Shown: positions 50,222-62,937 of the stretch, in pieces
How the letters are laid out: every line of letters starts with the position of its first letter
Position numbering within the stretch: position 1 is the stretch's first letter
From: Camelus dromedarius
Lineage: Eukaryota
NCBI RefSeq assembly: GCF_036321535.1
Contig: NC_087437.1
Location: 13,394,001 to 13,458,000, forward strand
Length of the DNA: 64,000 bases
Direction: 5' to 3'
The notes under the pieces: generated by a model
Seen by the model: only the letters and a program-made list of their open reading frames with translations
Databases searched by the model: none
What the model was told of the DNA's origin: nothing
Program-made: the position numbers and the translations under genes

Positions 50222-51289
50222 GAGCAGGACAGGACATTGGTCACCATAGCTCAGTCCCTTCCTACATTATAAGTTCAGAGAGAAGAGGACATTTCCTGCT
50301 GCTCCAGTGTTCCATCCTCTCCTGCCAGGCCGCCTGTGTTGGTGATAGTGAGCTTAAAGGTCTTACTTACTGTGTTTTTCTGACTTTTCATTATTCTTTA
50401 AGGTTTGCATGCAGTCCTTGTTTCTGCTTTTACTGTCCTTGGTATAATCTTTTAAGAAGACTTTTCTTTTGTTGCTATGACAATCAGTGCATCTTCTGCA
50501 TTATAATTGCTCTAAATATGATCTCAGCATCCTTTTTCCTCTAGTTCTGAGCGGATAAGATAATTCCAAACATGAACTTGCTTAATAAAACCTGGGCTAC
50601 TCTGGGTGGCATCCTTTTCCTTCTCTTTGAAGAAGCTGCTCTTGGAGTGAGCTCCCCCCTCCCACTCTCTTCTTTCCTCCCACAGATCATTTCCATTCAG
50701 CCCACTCAGTATTGCCTGGCAGCAGGGGGGGACGGGAATAGCGAGGAGAATGGAGACCCACAGAAGAGCTGCAGCCTCCTCCCCCTTGTATACTTGCAAA
50801 CTGAGCTGCTAACAAGTGGCAGAATTGATTCATTTGAATTTCATCTCCCATTATTTCCTCCGCCTTCCCTCTGGTGCTGGTGATAATGAGCAGTGAAAAT
50901 GACCCGGGACCCAGGAGGGAGATGGAAGCGAGAGAGAACCCAGGGGCTGAGAGAATCCATAGCTTGACTAATCAAGCATTAGCCTTGGTTCCTCCACCTC
51001 CCACGGCTGTAACACTTTGTGGCCCCGGGCAGAGCCACCAAATAAGGAGACATTCCCAAAGTGGCCTCTGGAAAGCTTTCTATCAGATTCTTCCTTTGTT
51101 GACACTATAACGTCATCTTATTGAAGCTCCCATCTTGGTCATCTCAGAAAGAGGCTCGGGTGCCCCAGGTGCACCCGAGAAGATATAACATGGACGTTTT
51201 ATGATGACAGATCAATAGAAAAAAGATCTTTAAAAATATGTCCACAACCAGACACGCAGGCTTCTGCCCTTCTCAGGTCAGCAGATAAG

Positions 51290-51445
51290 GGGGAAGAGGG
51301 GTGGGAAGGGATAAATTAGGAGTTGGAGGTTTGCATATACTAACTACCGTCTATAAAATAGATAAGCAACAAGAGCCTACTGTACAGCACAGGGAACTAT
51401 AGTCAATATCTTGTAGTGACCTATGATGAAAAAGACTATGAAAAG

Positions 51446-51494
<49 letters not shown>

Positions 51495-51560
51495 AACATT
51501 ACGCTGTACATCAGAAATTGACACAACATTGTAAATTGACTCTACTTCAATTACGAAAAG
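51290..51560 (+). mobile_element. Lineage-specific L1 3' end containing (TA)21 at 51449-51490
   Basis: GGGAAGGGATAAATTAGGAGTT...ACAGCACAGGGAACTATAGTCAATATC. Confidence 0.9.
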
Positions 51561-53527
51561 AGTAATGTTCCCCTGAGGAGGAGAACAGACACACATTTTA
51601 AATAAAGGACCACAGGAAGACTAGCGCTTGCTGCTGCTTTGTGTGAAGGGAAGAAGTTCAGCCCAGTCAAGGGGTATTTGCCAACACAGATCAGTAGAGG
51701 ATAACGTCCTTTTCCAAATCACCCCCCGTGATCACTACTTAGAGTATGCTTTTCAGCCACTCCTTCCTAGTTCTGGCTACAGAAAGGCATGATCCCCACC
51801 TGTCCCATTGGAACAGACCTACCTGTATCCCCAGATAGTTAAGAACCTACCACCTGGACAGTGGAAGAATCAGTTCTTCACGTGGCCAAGGCCTCGGTTT
51901 CCCCGTCACGGGATGTGTGCCATCTGTTCCTGCAGCTGGAGAGAACTTGGTGTCTGAGTCCTGCCAAGCTTGTCTTGACTCCGGGGAGTTGCCGGCAGCT
52001 GAGCACAAAGAGGCCTTGCAGACTCATAGACGCTCCATCTCCCTAAGGGCTGATGCCGCGCTGAGACAAAGTACAGGCAAAGAGGGAAATGCTGCAGATT
52101 TAAAGTGAAGAATCCACTTGCTACAGATTCAGGGTCTATCTGTCACCGGCTCCCCATAAAAATTTTACCTTCATGTTTTGATGATATTTTTCTGAAACTT
52201 GTAGGCCAGGCTGGTGTCACAGGCTCCATGACAGTGCGTCTGGGAGACCAGGAACCATCTCGATGTGTTAAACGATGGTGAACCCTCCCAGAGCCTGACC
52301 TCCGGCGACCGTGGCCATCCCGGGGTGTCGTCCTGATCTTTCTAGGTGTTGCTTTTCATGCATTGGACGCTGCCTTTTCCGTTTCCCCCCAGTGGGAGAG
52401 GCAGTGTGTTTTTATTTGGAGCCTGCTTACAAGAGAAGCAGCTCCTAATTAGTAGCTCTCTCTCTCATCCTGCATTTCCACGTGGACGTCCCTCTGGGGG
52501 AAGGAGGGGAAGTCCACACTGGCAGCAATGGGGGCTCACTCCCGAGTCTCCAGCCCCCACCCTGTCAGGCTCTTAGGTCCTTCAGAAGCTTCCACTTTGT
52601 TTGCAGCCATTCAGCCCTTCATTGAGCAAACAGGTCCTGAGCACCGACTGTGTTGTTGACCCCAAGACAGCTCTAGGGATGGCCATACCCCCACCCCGAC
52701 GCATGGGTGTTTTGCTCTGCTCTGTCCAACCGTCCCACCAGCAGGTGGGATTTACTTTAAGAATGGCTGAAGTGGAAAGAGCAAAAAGGAGAGAAGTGCT
52801 TGGGGTTGGGGGGAAGCAGACTCATGCTTAGATCAAGTGTTAACTGAATCAGGGAGTCAGGGAGACCAGCCCAGCCTCACCTCCCTCCTGTTCTCACATC
52901 CTGAGACCATACAAAAGCAAAAAGCCACAGGTGGAGTAGAAATAACACACTGTCACCTGACCAAACATTATTTGAACTGAATAGGTATCAAACTTGGTTT
53001 AATGCATAGTAATTTGGTCATAATTCCTGAAACCATCTTATAAGCAATGGGGTTTGTGACTGCATCTTAATATTGTGATGGTTTACATTTTTTAAATTGG
53101 ACAAACATTTAGAGGAGACAAGATGGGAGTTCACCTTTTTCTGGGAATGCTTTTCTCTTTCTTATCTTCACCTGGATGGATTCTTACCTTTTTACTCCTC
53201 TTACCTGGCTGGTTGGTTCACCAAGATAGAGAAAATGTAGGGTGGAGAATACTAATTTAGTTTTATTTAAACTAACATCTTACATCTGAGCAAGGAGATG
53301 AGGAAATCTTACTGCATCCTGCAGACAATTAAATGAGTTTGGAAAGTTTTATTTGGTTTGTTGTTGACAAAACCTAAGTCCCTGGGTAGCTGTTAATTTT
53401 TCCGGTGATTCCCAGAGGGAAATGGAGCCAACACAGGGCCCCACATTTCCCTATGAAACTTTAGTGAACTCAGTTCTGATTTCCTTTTTTTGTTTGTTTT
53501 CTGGAGTTTCCTTACTTTGAAAGGAAG

Positions 53528-53550
53528 TTTTTTTTCTTTCTTTCTTTCTT

Positions 53551-53583
<33 letters not shown>
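53528..53583. repeat. (TTTC)n plus long poly-T tract
   Basis: Read directly from the sequence. Confidence 0.9.
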
Positions 53584-53584
<1 letters not shown>

Positions 53585-54699
53585 TATTTGGGAGAAGCCT
53601 ATGTTTAACTGAGAAGGTAAAGGACTCGTGGAGAACAGGAAAAGATAAGAACATTTCTAGACTGTATCCAACCCATTGATCTAAAAAGGGCTGCCTCATT
53701 CATCCACTGGCATAATTTCATAAACAGGAGGCAGCCTGTCTGATGATCCTTCTGTTAGAATTAAATTCTCATCTGTAGCATCCAAGCAAGTTCTTTGAAT
53801 GACTTTATAGTTCTACAGATATTGGTTGGTTTTTCCATTCTAACTTCGTCTTTAAGGAGGACTTAAGTTTTTTGAAAAACGTATGCCATGGGATAAAATT
53901 AACGAGGAAAACTTTGATCTTACATGATCCCCCATGTGATCATTGAGAAGATGAAATTGTAAAGTGTACATTAGGGTACTTAACAGAATGAAGAATCTAA
54001 GTCTGAAATCAAAGGCAAATCACATGAAGATTGAGGATGATTTAGGCACCACTTGGTTTCTGCTAACAGATTGGAGGGGTAGCAATTTTACTTGGCTTGA
54101 CAGGCAGTCATTCTGGAAAGGAAAAATTTATGAGGCTCTAGAAGGAAGGATAATCTGAGTGCAAATGAGTTATCTATTCACCTTTAATTGAAATCAGAGT
54201 CCAGGTGTCAACCTCAGGTTTTCAGCCTGGATTATACAGTGACAACTTGTATGAAGTCGTAGGTCTGGGGAGGGGGCTTGGTGGCGGGTTAATGGCCAAA
54301 ATGAAATTGGAGAAAGCAGTCCTTTGGCGTTCTACCTTCAGGGCTATGTAATGGGGTGTGGGTTTCATTTGATGGGAACCTTTTTCCAACAGAGCAATAG
54401 ATGAGAACCTCAGAGTATCTACATGCTGACAATAGCTTCTGAATTAATAATATGTTGTTTATTTCAGTTCTCTTTCATAACGATTGCTAAGACCTGACAT
54501 TTAAATTCATCACTGAACCTCTAGAAACCTCACTTTCTTTGTAGTTGTGTCTTTGATGTTTGTCTCTGTGTTGGCATGATATCTTCCAAAGCCTGAGAGA
54601 GCTGGCAAGCACTGGAGGGCTGTCTCCTTGTGCCCAGAACTACCACACAGGCTTTGTTCCCAAGAGTATGTTGAAAACAAACATCACTCAACAAAGAAA

Positions 54700-54920
54700 T
54701 AACTAACATTTACCGTGCACTGACTTTGTGCAGGTGCTATTTTAAGCCCTTTACCTGCATGATCTCACTTGGTCCTTACTACAAAGAGAAGAAGTAAGCG
54801 CTGCTGTTACCCTCACTTACAAGGCAGGGCGCTGAGGCAAGGCAAAGTTACGGACAGAACTGGGATTCAGTCCCCGACAGTCTGATTCCTGAGCCCCCGC
54901 TCCTCGCCACTGGGCTCCAC
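54700..54920 (-). mobile_element. MIR SINE
   Basis: CTAACATTTACCGTGCACTGACTTTGTGCAGG...CTGGGATTCAGTCCCCGACAGTCTGATTCC. Confidence 0.75.
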
Positions 54921-55327
54921 TGACAGAGCCCTGACCCCGGGCTGGGCACTCCACCAGGCACGAGGGACATGGGAGCAAACAGTATGTAATAGATTATTCA
55001 GATCTGACCTTGGAATCGCGTGGATATCTGTCATCTATGTATCATTTTTTCTGGGCTATTTGGAGGATAGCGTAAGAATTTGGAACATTATTGACCATCA
55101 TGGTCAGCAGATAGAATTAAATAATTTGGTTTCTACAGATAACGTAACTGCTGGTGTCCTTCAGCACTGAGCAATTACAGCATTCTTGAATGAGGTCTCC
55201 ATTATACTTTACTAAAAAGCATACTTTTCTATTCATTGTTGGTGTAAACATGGTAAACAAGTATCAATGAGGCCTTGTGATAATTAGCATAAATATATTA
55301 ATTTCTTAAATTGTTAAAATGGTCATG

Positions 55328-55859
55328 TGCATCAGCTAGCTTTTGCTACCTAACATGTCCCCAAACTCAGTGGCATTTATTACTGCTTACAAGCTCACAA
55401 GTAGCTGGGTGGTTCTGGTCTTGGCTGGGCTCACTCATGAGTCTGTGGTCAGCGGCAGGTCAGGCAGCTGGCTCTGATGACCGGGTTGGGCTTTCTCACA
55501 TGTTGGGAGCATGGCTGGCTCTAGGCTGGAGTGCCTCAGCTGGGACAACTGGCCTCCTTTTATGATCATTAATTATCCAGCGAAATAGCTAGGGATTGTT
55601 CACATGGTGGCTGGGGAGATTCCAAGAGCAAAAACAAGAACATGTCTGGACTCTTGAAAAGGCCTAAGCTTAGAACTGGCATAATGTAACTTCTGCCTCA
55701 TCTGTGGTCAAAGCAAATCCTAAGGCCAGCCTAGATTCGAGAGGTGGGGAAATAGACTCCACTTCTTGATGGGAAGAACTTGAAGGTTACATTACATAAA
55801 AGCATGGATAATACAAGATGGTGAATAATGGAAGACATTTTTGAAAACAATCTACCACA
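55328..55859 (-). mobile_element. Near full-length MLT1H-like MaLR solo LTR
   Basis: TG...CA ends; GGCTGGGCTCACTCATG and AATAGACTCCACTTCTTGATGGGA motifs; 5-bp TSD TCATG/CCATG. Confidence 0.85.
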
Positions 55860-55860
55860 C

Positions 55861-56040
55861 CATGAAAAATGAGTATTATCATGCCCATTTTATAGATGAA
55901 GAAGTTGAGGTTCTTTGCTACATAACAAGACCCAGAATCATAAAACTAATAAGTAGTAAGTTACTAGCACTAATTAGTAATGACAAAGTTAGACAAGCTT
56001 AGGTATGTCGAACTCCAAAGCTCTTTCTTTGAAATACCAC
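55861..56040 (-). mobile_element. MIR fragment
   Basis: TATTATCATGCCCATTTTATAGATGAAGAAGTTGAGG. Confidence 0.7.
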
Positions 56041-56077
56041 TCCATAAGGTTTTCAAGGCCTTTAAGGGTCGTGTTTG

Positions 56078-56183
56078 GTTTTTTTTTTTCCTTTTTATAT
56101 GGAAGTATAGTAGATCGACAATATTGTGTTAGTTTCAGCGCACAGCAAGATGATTCAGTTATATATATACATATATATATGTA

Positions 56184-56218
<35 letters not shown>

Positions 56219-56822
56219 AACTTTTTCAGATTCTTTTCCATTATAGGTTATAACAAGATATTGAATATAGTTCCCTGTGCTATATAGTCAATTCTTGTTG
56301 TTTATCTATTTTATGTATATTAGTGTGTATCTGTTAATCCTGTACTCCTAATTTATCCCTCCCCCATTTTCTCTTTGGTAAACTTAAGTTCATTTTCTAT
56401 GTCTGTGAGTCTATTTCTGTTTTGTAAATAAGTTCATTTGTAATATATTTTTTAGATTCCACATATAAGTGATGTCATATAATAGCTGTCTTTCCCTGTT
56501 TGACTTACTTCACTTAGTATGATGATCTCTAAGTCCACCCGTGTTGAAGCAAATGGCATTATTTCATTCCTTTTTTATGGCTGAATAATATTCCATTGCA
56601 TACATAACACCTTCTTAATCTATTCAACTGTTGATGAGCACTTAGTTTGCTTCCATGTCTTGGCTATTGTAAGTAGTGCTGCTATGAACATCAGAGTGTG
56701 CGTATCTTTTTGAATTTAAGAGTTTTTTCTTTTCCAGATACATGCCCAGGAGTGGGATTTTTTGTTTTCTAAGGAACTTCCTTACTGTTTTCCACAGTGG
56801 CTTCACCAATTTACATTCCCAT
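56078..56822 (-). mobile_element. 5'-truncated L1 (3' UTR plus ORF2 end)
   Basis: Clearly homologous to 43272-44000; small internal deletion near 56760. Confidence 0.9.
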
Positions 56823-57574
56823 AAAAGATTACACTACTAATGATCTTTTCAAAAATGAAAATGGTATCTGAGGATGAGGCAATAGGAGAGGATGAAATTC
56901 AAACATAATTATAGCCCATTCTTTGCAATTTATTTATAGGCATGAATATTTTAATCAAGGGACATTTCTTTCATTAAACAAAATGATCCTCAGTGATCAC
57001 TCTGGATTATTCATTTTTCCATCTCTACCTGCAACAAACACTAGTTGGTGTTGGATATTTCTGTATGGTAAAAGTATATGACCCGGGAGGGATCAGCGGC
57101 ATATAGAATTCTCATTTGCGAAGCCTGTCACCATATCCCTTCAGAATATCTGGGCAACGTAATAGTAGGAGGAGGAGGAATAGTAGTAGAGTGGTAATAG
57201 TAATAGCAGTAGTAGAGGTAGTATTAAAGCTTCTTTATCGTTTTTCTTATAGCTTCTTCATCTTGGATCTGAATTTAGCAAATGCCATCATCTGTGGGTG
57301 GTTATGCTATAAATATAATGGGGCAGGAGGAGGCCTTTGGCAGGGGGACCAATTATCTTTGGGAAATTCTGAGTTAACAGGTTACTTGGCTGTGATTTTT
57401 CAGAATCTTTAATAAGCTGATGACTATCGTGACTCTCAAAGAAGGTGTTTCTTCGATTTATGTAATTGCAGAATATTCATTTGGTGAAATTCTCAGGCTG
57501 CTAGAAACCCTGGGAAATCTGAACTTGATTCTGATCCCTTTGAAGGTATAGTTGGAGTCAATATTGTTTGTCAG

Positions 57575-57750
57575 GCGTCCGCTGTGAGGGAGGCAATGTT
57601 AGAAACCATAGCAGAAATCCATGAAGTAGGTATGATTCTTACTTACAGCTGAGGAAACTGAGACTCAGAGCAGTTCCTTTTTTTACTCAAGATCCCTGAG
57701 CTGGTACCACAGCTGAGAGTCGGACCTTGTTTTGTCTAACTCCAGGCCCA
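57575..57750 (-). mobile_element. MIR SINE
   Basis: TTACAGCTGAGGAAACTGAGACTCAGAG core. Confidence 0.75.
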
Positions 57751-58064
57751 TGGTGTTTCTTGCACACTTTGCTGAGATTCAGAAAGTTTAAGTGACCTCT
57801 TAGGATGACTCAGCTGGTCAGAGAGACACCACGTCTCGTATGCTTTTGTAATCCCTGTAGCTCCTAACAGAAAATAGGTTATCAGTCAGTGCCTACTAGC
57901 CAAGCCCTTTGTTTATTACCTAGTAAGTATTACAATCATGCTTGCAATAGTGGAGAAGAGTATAAGATAAAAAGTAGAAATTCTCCTTCATAACAGCAGC
58001 TCCAGAACCATATTCTGAACGTGAGACTGTGATCCATTTTTCATTGCTCTTCCCTTACTTACAC

Positions 58065-58067
<3 letters not shown>

Positions 58068-58100
<33 letters not shown>
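58068..58100. repeat. (TG)16 microsatellite
   Basis: Read directly from the sequence. Confidence 0.95.
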
Positions 58101-58102
<2 letters not shown>

Positions 58103-58174
58103 GTTCTTCTCTTTTGTCTTACACAAATGGGATCATATATGTACATTTTTCACTTAAGATATAATTGACATCCT

Positions 58175-59314
58175 TTTTATTAAAAATATAATTGAAGTAT
58201 AACATTTATATTAGTTTCAGGTATACAACATTGATTTGATATTTGTATATATTGCAAAAAAATTGCTGCAATAAGTCTAGTTAACATCCATCACCACGTG
58301 TAGTTACAATTAGTTGATTTACAATATTATACTTGTTTCAATACTAGGTATACAATATAGTGATGCTACATTTTTATAGATTATATTCCATTAATGTTAT
58401 TATAAAATATTGGCTATATTCCCTGTGCTGTACATCACTCCTCGTATCTTACTTTTTAATACCTACTAGTTTGTTACCTCTTAATCCCACTCTCCTGTTT
58501 TAACCTTTCCCCCAGTCCTCTCCCCACCGTTAACCACTAGTTTGCTTTCTGTGTCTGTAATATTGTTTCCATTTTATTATACTCATTTGTTTGTTTTAAT
58601 TTTTTAGATTGCACATATAAATGAAAACATAAAATATTTGTCTTTTCTCTGACTTACTTCACTAATCATAATATCCTCCAGGTCCATCCATGTTGTTGGA
58701 AAAGACAAGATTTCATTCTTTTTATAGCTGAATAATATTCCATTCTCTCTCTGTCTCCCTCCCTCTCTCTCTCTGTCTCTCTCCACACACCACGTTTTCT
58801 TTATCCATTCATCTGTTATGGACACTTAGGTTGCTGCCATACTTTGTCTATTGTAAATAATGCTGCTGTGAACATTGGGATACATGTGTCTTTTTGAACT
58901 AGGGTTTTTGTTTTCTTCAACTATACACCCAGGAGTGGAATTACTGGACCATGTGTTAATTCTATTTTTAGTTAAGTGAGGAACCTCCATACTGTTCTCC
59001 ATAGTGGCTGCACCAATTTACATTCCCAACAACGTACTAGGGTTCCTTTTCTCTATAGCCTTGCCAACATTTATTATTTGTTGTCTTTTTGACAACAGCC
59101 ATTCTGACAGGTATGAAGTGATATCTCACTATAGTTTTGATTTGCATTTCCCTGATGATTAGTTACACTGAGCATCCTTCCATGTCTCTGTTGGCCATCT
59201 GTATGTCTCCTTTGGCAAAATGTCTATTCAAGTCTCCTTCCCATTTTTTATTTGCTTGTTTTTGACATTGAGTTGTATGAAATCTTTATATATTTTGAAT
59301 ATATCCCCCTTAAC
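58175..59314 (-). mobile_element. Older L1 (L1MA-like) with two 3'-end segments and an ORF2 C-terminal remnant
   Basis: ORF 58604-58825 (DEWIKKTW...KKNEILSFPTTWMDLEDIMISEVSQ) is the L1 ORF2p terminus. Confidence 0.9.
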
Positions 59315-59624
59315 TGTGGGATAGAAAGGTTACATAATTAGTAAGGGGCCAAATCATGGTCTCCACATTGCTCCATTCAAACTAGGTCCACCTTACGCGT
59401 GTGTCCTAAGTCAATGTGCCAGTCCTTTTTCTAGTCTTGATGCTCATGAAATGCAATTTTAAAGAACCACGGCTCATTTCACCTTGGGTTTCCATTTTGT
59501 GTATCTCTGAGGAGATAAGCCATACTCTGATCAGCATTCCTAAGGTTCTCCTGCTTTACCAGCTAGGGATTTCTTCTATTCTTGAAGTTATTTTTTGTTG
59601 TTGTTTATTTTTAAAATGTAGAGT

Positions 59625-60860
59625 CCCCTCTCCAAATTTTCATTTGAAAAAATTTGAAACGTTCAGATAAGTTGAAAAATTGATACAATGAACACTTTTA
59701 TCTCATCACTTTCTATTTACCCAATTGTTAATCTTTGTCACTTTTATCTCTCTCTTTCTACATACAAATAAATAGATAAAGTTTTTTTTTCCCCTGGACA
59801 ATCTGAAAGTTGCAGTTGTCATGATACTTTACCCCCAAATCTTGTACTTTCAAAGAACAAAGACTATCTCCTTTCTATTTGTATCATGGTAAAACCCAAT
59901 AAATTTAACTTCGATACAATATCTAACATTCACTTTATATTCAAAATTCCCTCTAGTTGTTCCAGTTATGCCCTTTTCTAGCATCTTTTTTTACAAATCC
60001 AGAAATCAATCTTTCATATTACCTTTGGATGTTGCCCCAGAATCATCCTTCTGCCCCTCCTTCAAATGGAAACCAATTACTCTCACCTAAGTTTCAGGAG
60101 GAGGCTGCAAAGAGGAAAATGAGAACTGGTTAGAAACAGCTAGGCTCAAGATGGCGGAAGACTTGACTTCCAGTGGACCTTGAGCCTCATTGTACACTCA
60201 CTGTAATACATTAGCATGCTAAATGACACACTTACCACCACCATGACAGTTGACAATTGCCATAACAACAATCAGAAAAGCCCATACAAGGACTGAAAAG
60301 GAGTACTGCCTCAATTTTGGGTCCAAACCACACCTCTGTTCTTGAATAAGTCATCAATATTCCTCCCACTCTTTCCAAATCCCTCCCTTTTACCTCGACC
60401 CTGCCTATCTCCTACTTCCCCATCTATGGTGTTTCCATCCACATTGGGTTGAGAAGTTGATTTGTGAACTAAGTTCCTGCTTCTTCATTCCTTGGCCAAT
60501 GAATAAAGCCTTTGCTGTTCCAGTCTCAGCATTGGTTTTGTTCCTGTCTGTGTGAATCCAATGGGAAAAAGAACTTCCAGGGCTGAGACAAGGGGTCTTG
60601 GCCTGGGCTAGGACCCCGGCGTAGTTCCAGACAACAAATTTGGTGACATCTTTGGTTGTCACATCTCTTATTTTTAATCTAGAATAGTTCTTCAGCTTGT
60701 TCTTGTTTGATTTTGCTTTCTGTTTGTTTGTTTACTTGTTTTTTTTTCCTTAAAGCACTCTAAAGAGTCCTGATTAATCACCCTGTACAATGTCTCAAGT
60801 TCTAGATTCAGGTTAAATGTATTTTTGCATGAATACTGTATAGGTGATGTGAGAACTATT
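59625..60860 (-). mobile_element. L1MC-type 3' end split by an LTR
   Basis: AAGTTGAAAAATTGATACAATGAACAC...CATGATACTTTACCCC; resumes TTTGGTTGTCACATCTC...AGATTCAGGTTAAATG. Confidence 0.75.
60030..60648 (+). mobile_element. ERV1-type (MER41-related) solo LTR
   Basis: TGTTGCC...GGTGACA ends; CAAGATGGCGG; CATTAGCATGCTAAATGACAC...CCATGACAGTT; AATAAA near 60502. Confidence 0.75.
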
Positions 60861-60959
60861 TCATGGTTGATTAAAAAGAAATGTGAGGTTCTGGAGAAAG
60901 AATGACTGCTATTTTAGAAAAAACAACTAAATGCTAAAACCCATAATAGAGCATAATCT

Positions 60960-61150
60960 TTGAATAGTCATTGACAGTTTCTGAAGCACATTTCATATAT
61001 ATTCATTTCATTTTATCCTCATGAGACCAATGAGGTGGGTATTATTGGTCACAGTCCTAGGGCAACGAAGGCATGGAAGTGTAATTGATTTGCTAAATTC
61101 CTTGGAATTCAAGGAAACTGGAGTTCAAATTCCAATTTCTGGACCTTCAT
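60960..61150 (-). mobile_element. Degenerate MIR
   Basis: AGCACATTTCATATATTCATTTCATTTTATCCTCA...TGAGGTGGGTATTATT. Confidence 0.6.
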
Positions 61151-61596
61151 TTTGGATCTGAATCCTGTACACTTCCCACCAAGTCAATGGCTAGGGTTAA
61201 GTAGGATAAGTTTAAAAAAATAAATGGTAACAGTCATTCATCCCACTCAGAAGTACAACTGAATTCAGCATAAATTAGTGCTTTCTAAAAGCAGCTTTCA
61301 GGTTGCCTCTGGACCCTGGAGAGTCTTTGGGAGCCTACGTTTGTATAGATTATGTGTTAAGAGTTTGCCAGTCTCTCACTGTTGTAGATGCCGTAGGCAC
61401 TTACTAGGAAATAATAATAGAGAAGCAGAAAGAAACTGAGATGGATGGGTTCCCACTCAGTCTTTCTATAAACTTGCAGCATTTTGAATAATAAATACAG
61501 ATGTTCGCAAAGACACAATCTTATCTTTATTCTTTGTTTAGTACCCAGAGAGGGAGAGATACTAGGTTCCAAATAAAGGTGTTGTTTATTTGTTAG

Positions 61597-62092
61597 TGTC
61601 GGCTGAACAAAAATGCACAACCTGCAAGTTTGCAGTTACGTTTTTTTCAGAGACCTTACTGAGGACTATAGCCCAGGAGAGACAGCCTCTCAGATAGCTC
61701 TGAGGAACTCCTCCAAGGAGGGAAGGGAAGAACCAAGAGATAGAGGAGTTTTTGCTGGGGAGAAAACAACAACAAACAACAACAACAAGAGAAGCAAGTA
61801 GGTAGTTCAACATGGAAAGATTACTGCTAATCACAGAAAAGCAGACATCTCAAGTTAGTGATTTTAGTGTTTTTCTTTGTATGGGAAGATGCAAGAGCCT
61901 GGGCTCATTGAAATGATTCCTTAGAGGTGAATCTGAACTATGTAGAACCAGTATCCTGTTCCTCTCCTCCCTGAATTCCCTCAAGGCACGCCTTTAGGGG
62001 TTTTTCAGGGGGTGGGTGCACTGGCTGATGGCCTGACGGCAGACAATAGTCTTTGTTTACTAAAATGGCAGGCAACAATTTTTTTGTCTACA
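61597..62092 (-). mobile_element. Cetartiodactyl ERV1-type solo LTR
   Basis: TG...CA ends with a perfect 4-bp TSD TTAG (61593-61596 / 62093-62096); GACAGCCTCTCAGATAGCTCTGAG motif; orientation from recalled consensus. Confidence 0.85.
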
Positions 62093-62937
62093 TTAGTTTT
62101 TCCAGTGGGTTCATGGGTGGGAAGAAGGTTTAAAACCTGTCTGGAGATCTTCAGGTATTAGATGATGTAGGGAAGGTGCAATGAGTTCAAAAGAGGTTGT
62201 TGGTTTTTTGAAGTTTTTTCCCCAATAAATTAAAGGTTTACTTAGAAATTTACTTTGTGAAATAAGTTTCAAAAGAGGAAAAGGAGTGCCTGAACTGACA
62301 CATTGGAACAAATCGATTTCATGTCATTCTGATAAAAGTTTTGTTTCTAAATGGCCTTCAAGAGATCCTTAGGGGAAAAGGGAGTTTCCTCTCCCGTTAT
62401 TGACTTTCCCAAACTTTGTAGGAAGTTGTCAACAGAAGGCTGGTTCGGCATTTGAAACTCAGCACTTGTATTTACAGATTCTCCATATCAAAAAGTGGCT
62501 GGTAGAGGAGCTATGTAATTAATGGGTGTTGAATGGGATCTGTTCTGCTGAGCATCTGGGATCCACGTTCTGTCTTTCAACTGACCTGCTGTGTGCCTGT
62601 CAGCGCCCCCATTCACTGAGATCTCTGCAGTACTGAAGCAGGACTAGTGATGTCCATCATGTGACTCTTACAAGGCTGTTCAGGGGTAACTAAATGAAAG
62701 TACATCCATAGCCTTGCCCCACAAGCATCTAATCACAGTTCAAAAATGTAAGGCAATTGTATAATTTTAGAGCTTTTGGCTTAGAAAAAGAGGCTTCAGC
62801 CTCTCTCCCGGCCTCCCCACATCCTGCTAGTCTTTCTTTGCAGCACTCAGCTATCCCCTCAGTGTAAAATCCATCATGGTCCTTGTTCCTTATCTTAGTG
62901 AAGTCAGCTGAGAAAGAGAAAAAAAGGAAAAAATTAC

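Noticed and set aside
57160..57225. AGT/GGA-rich low-complexity tract
   Set aside because: Degenerate simple repeat with no further structure.
59315..59422. Possible NUMT or snRNA fragment
   Set aside because: No mitochondrial or snRNA motif that I recognise; left unassigned.
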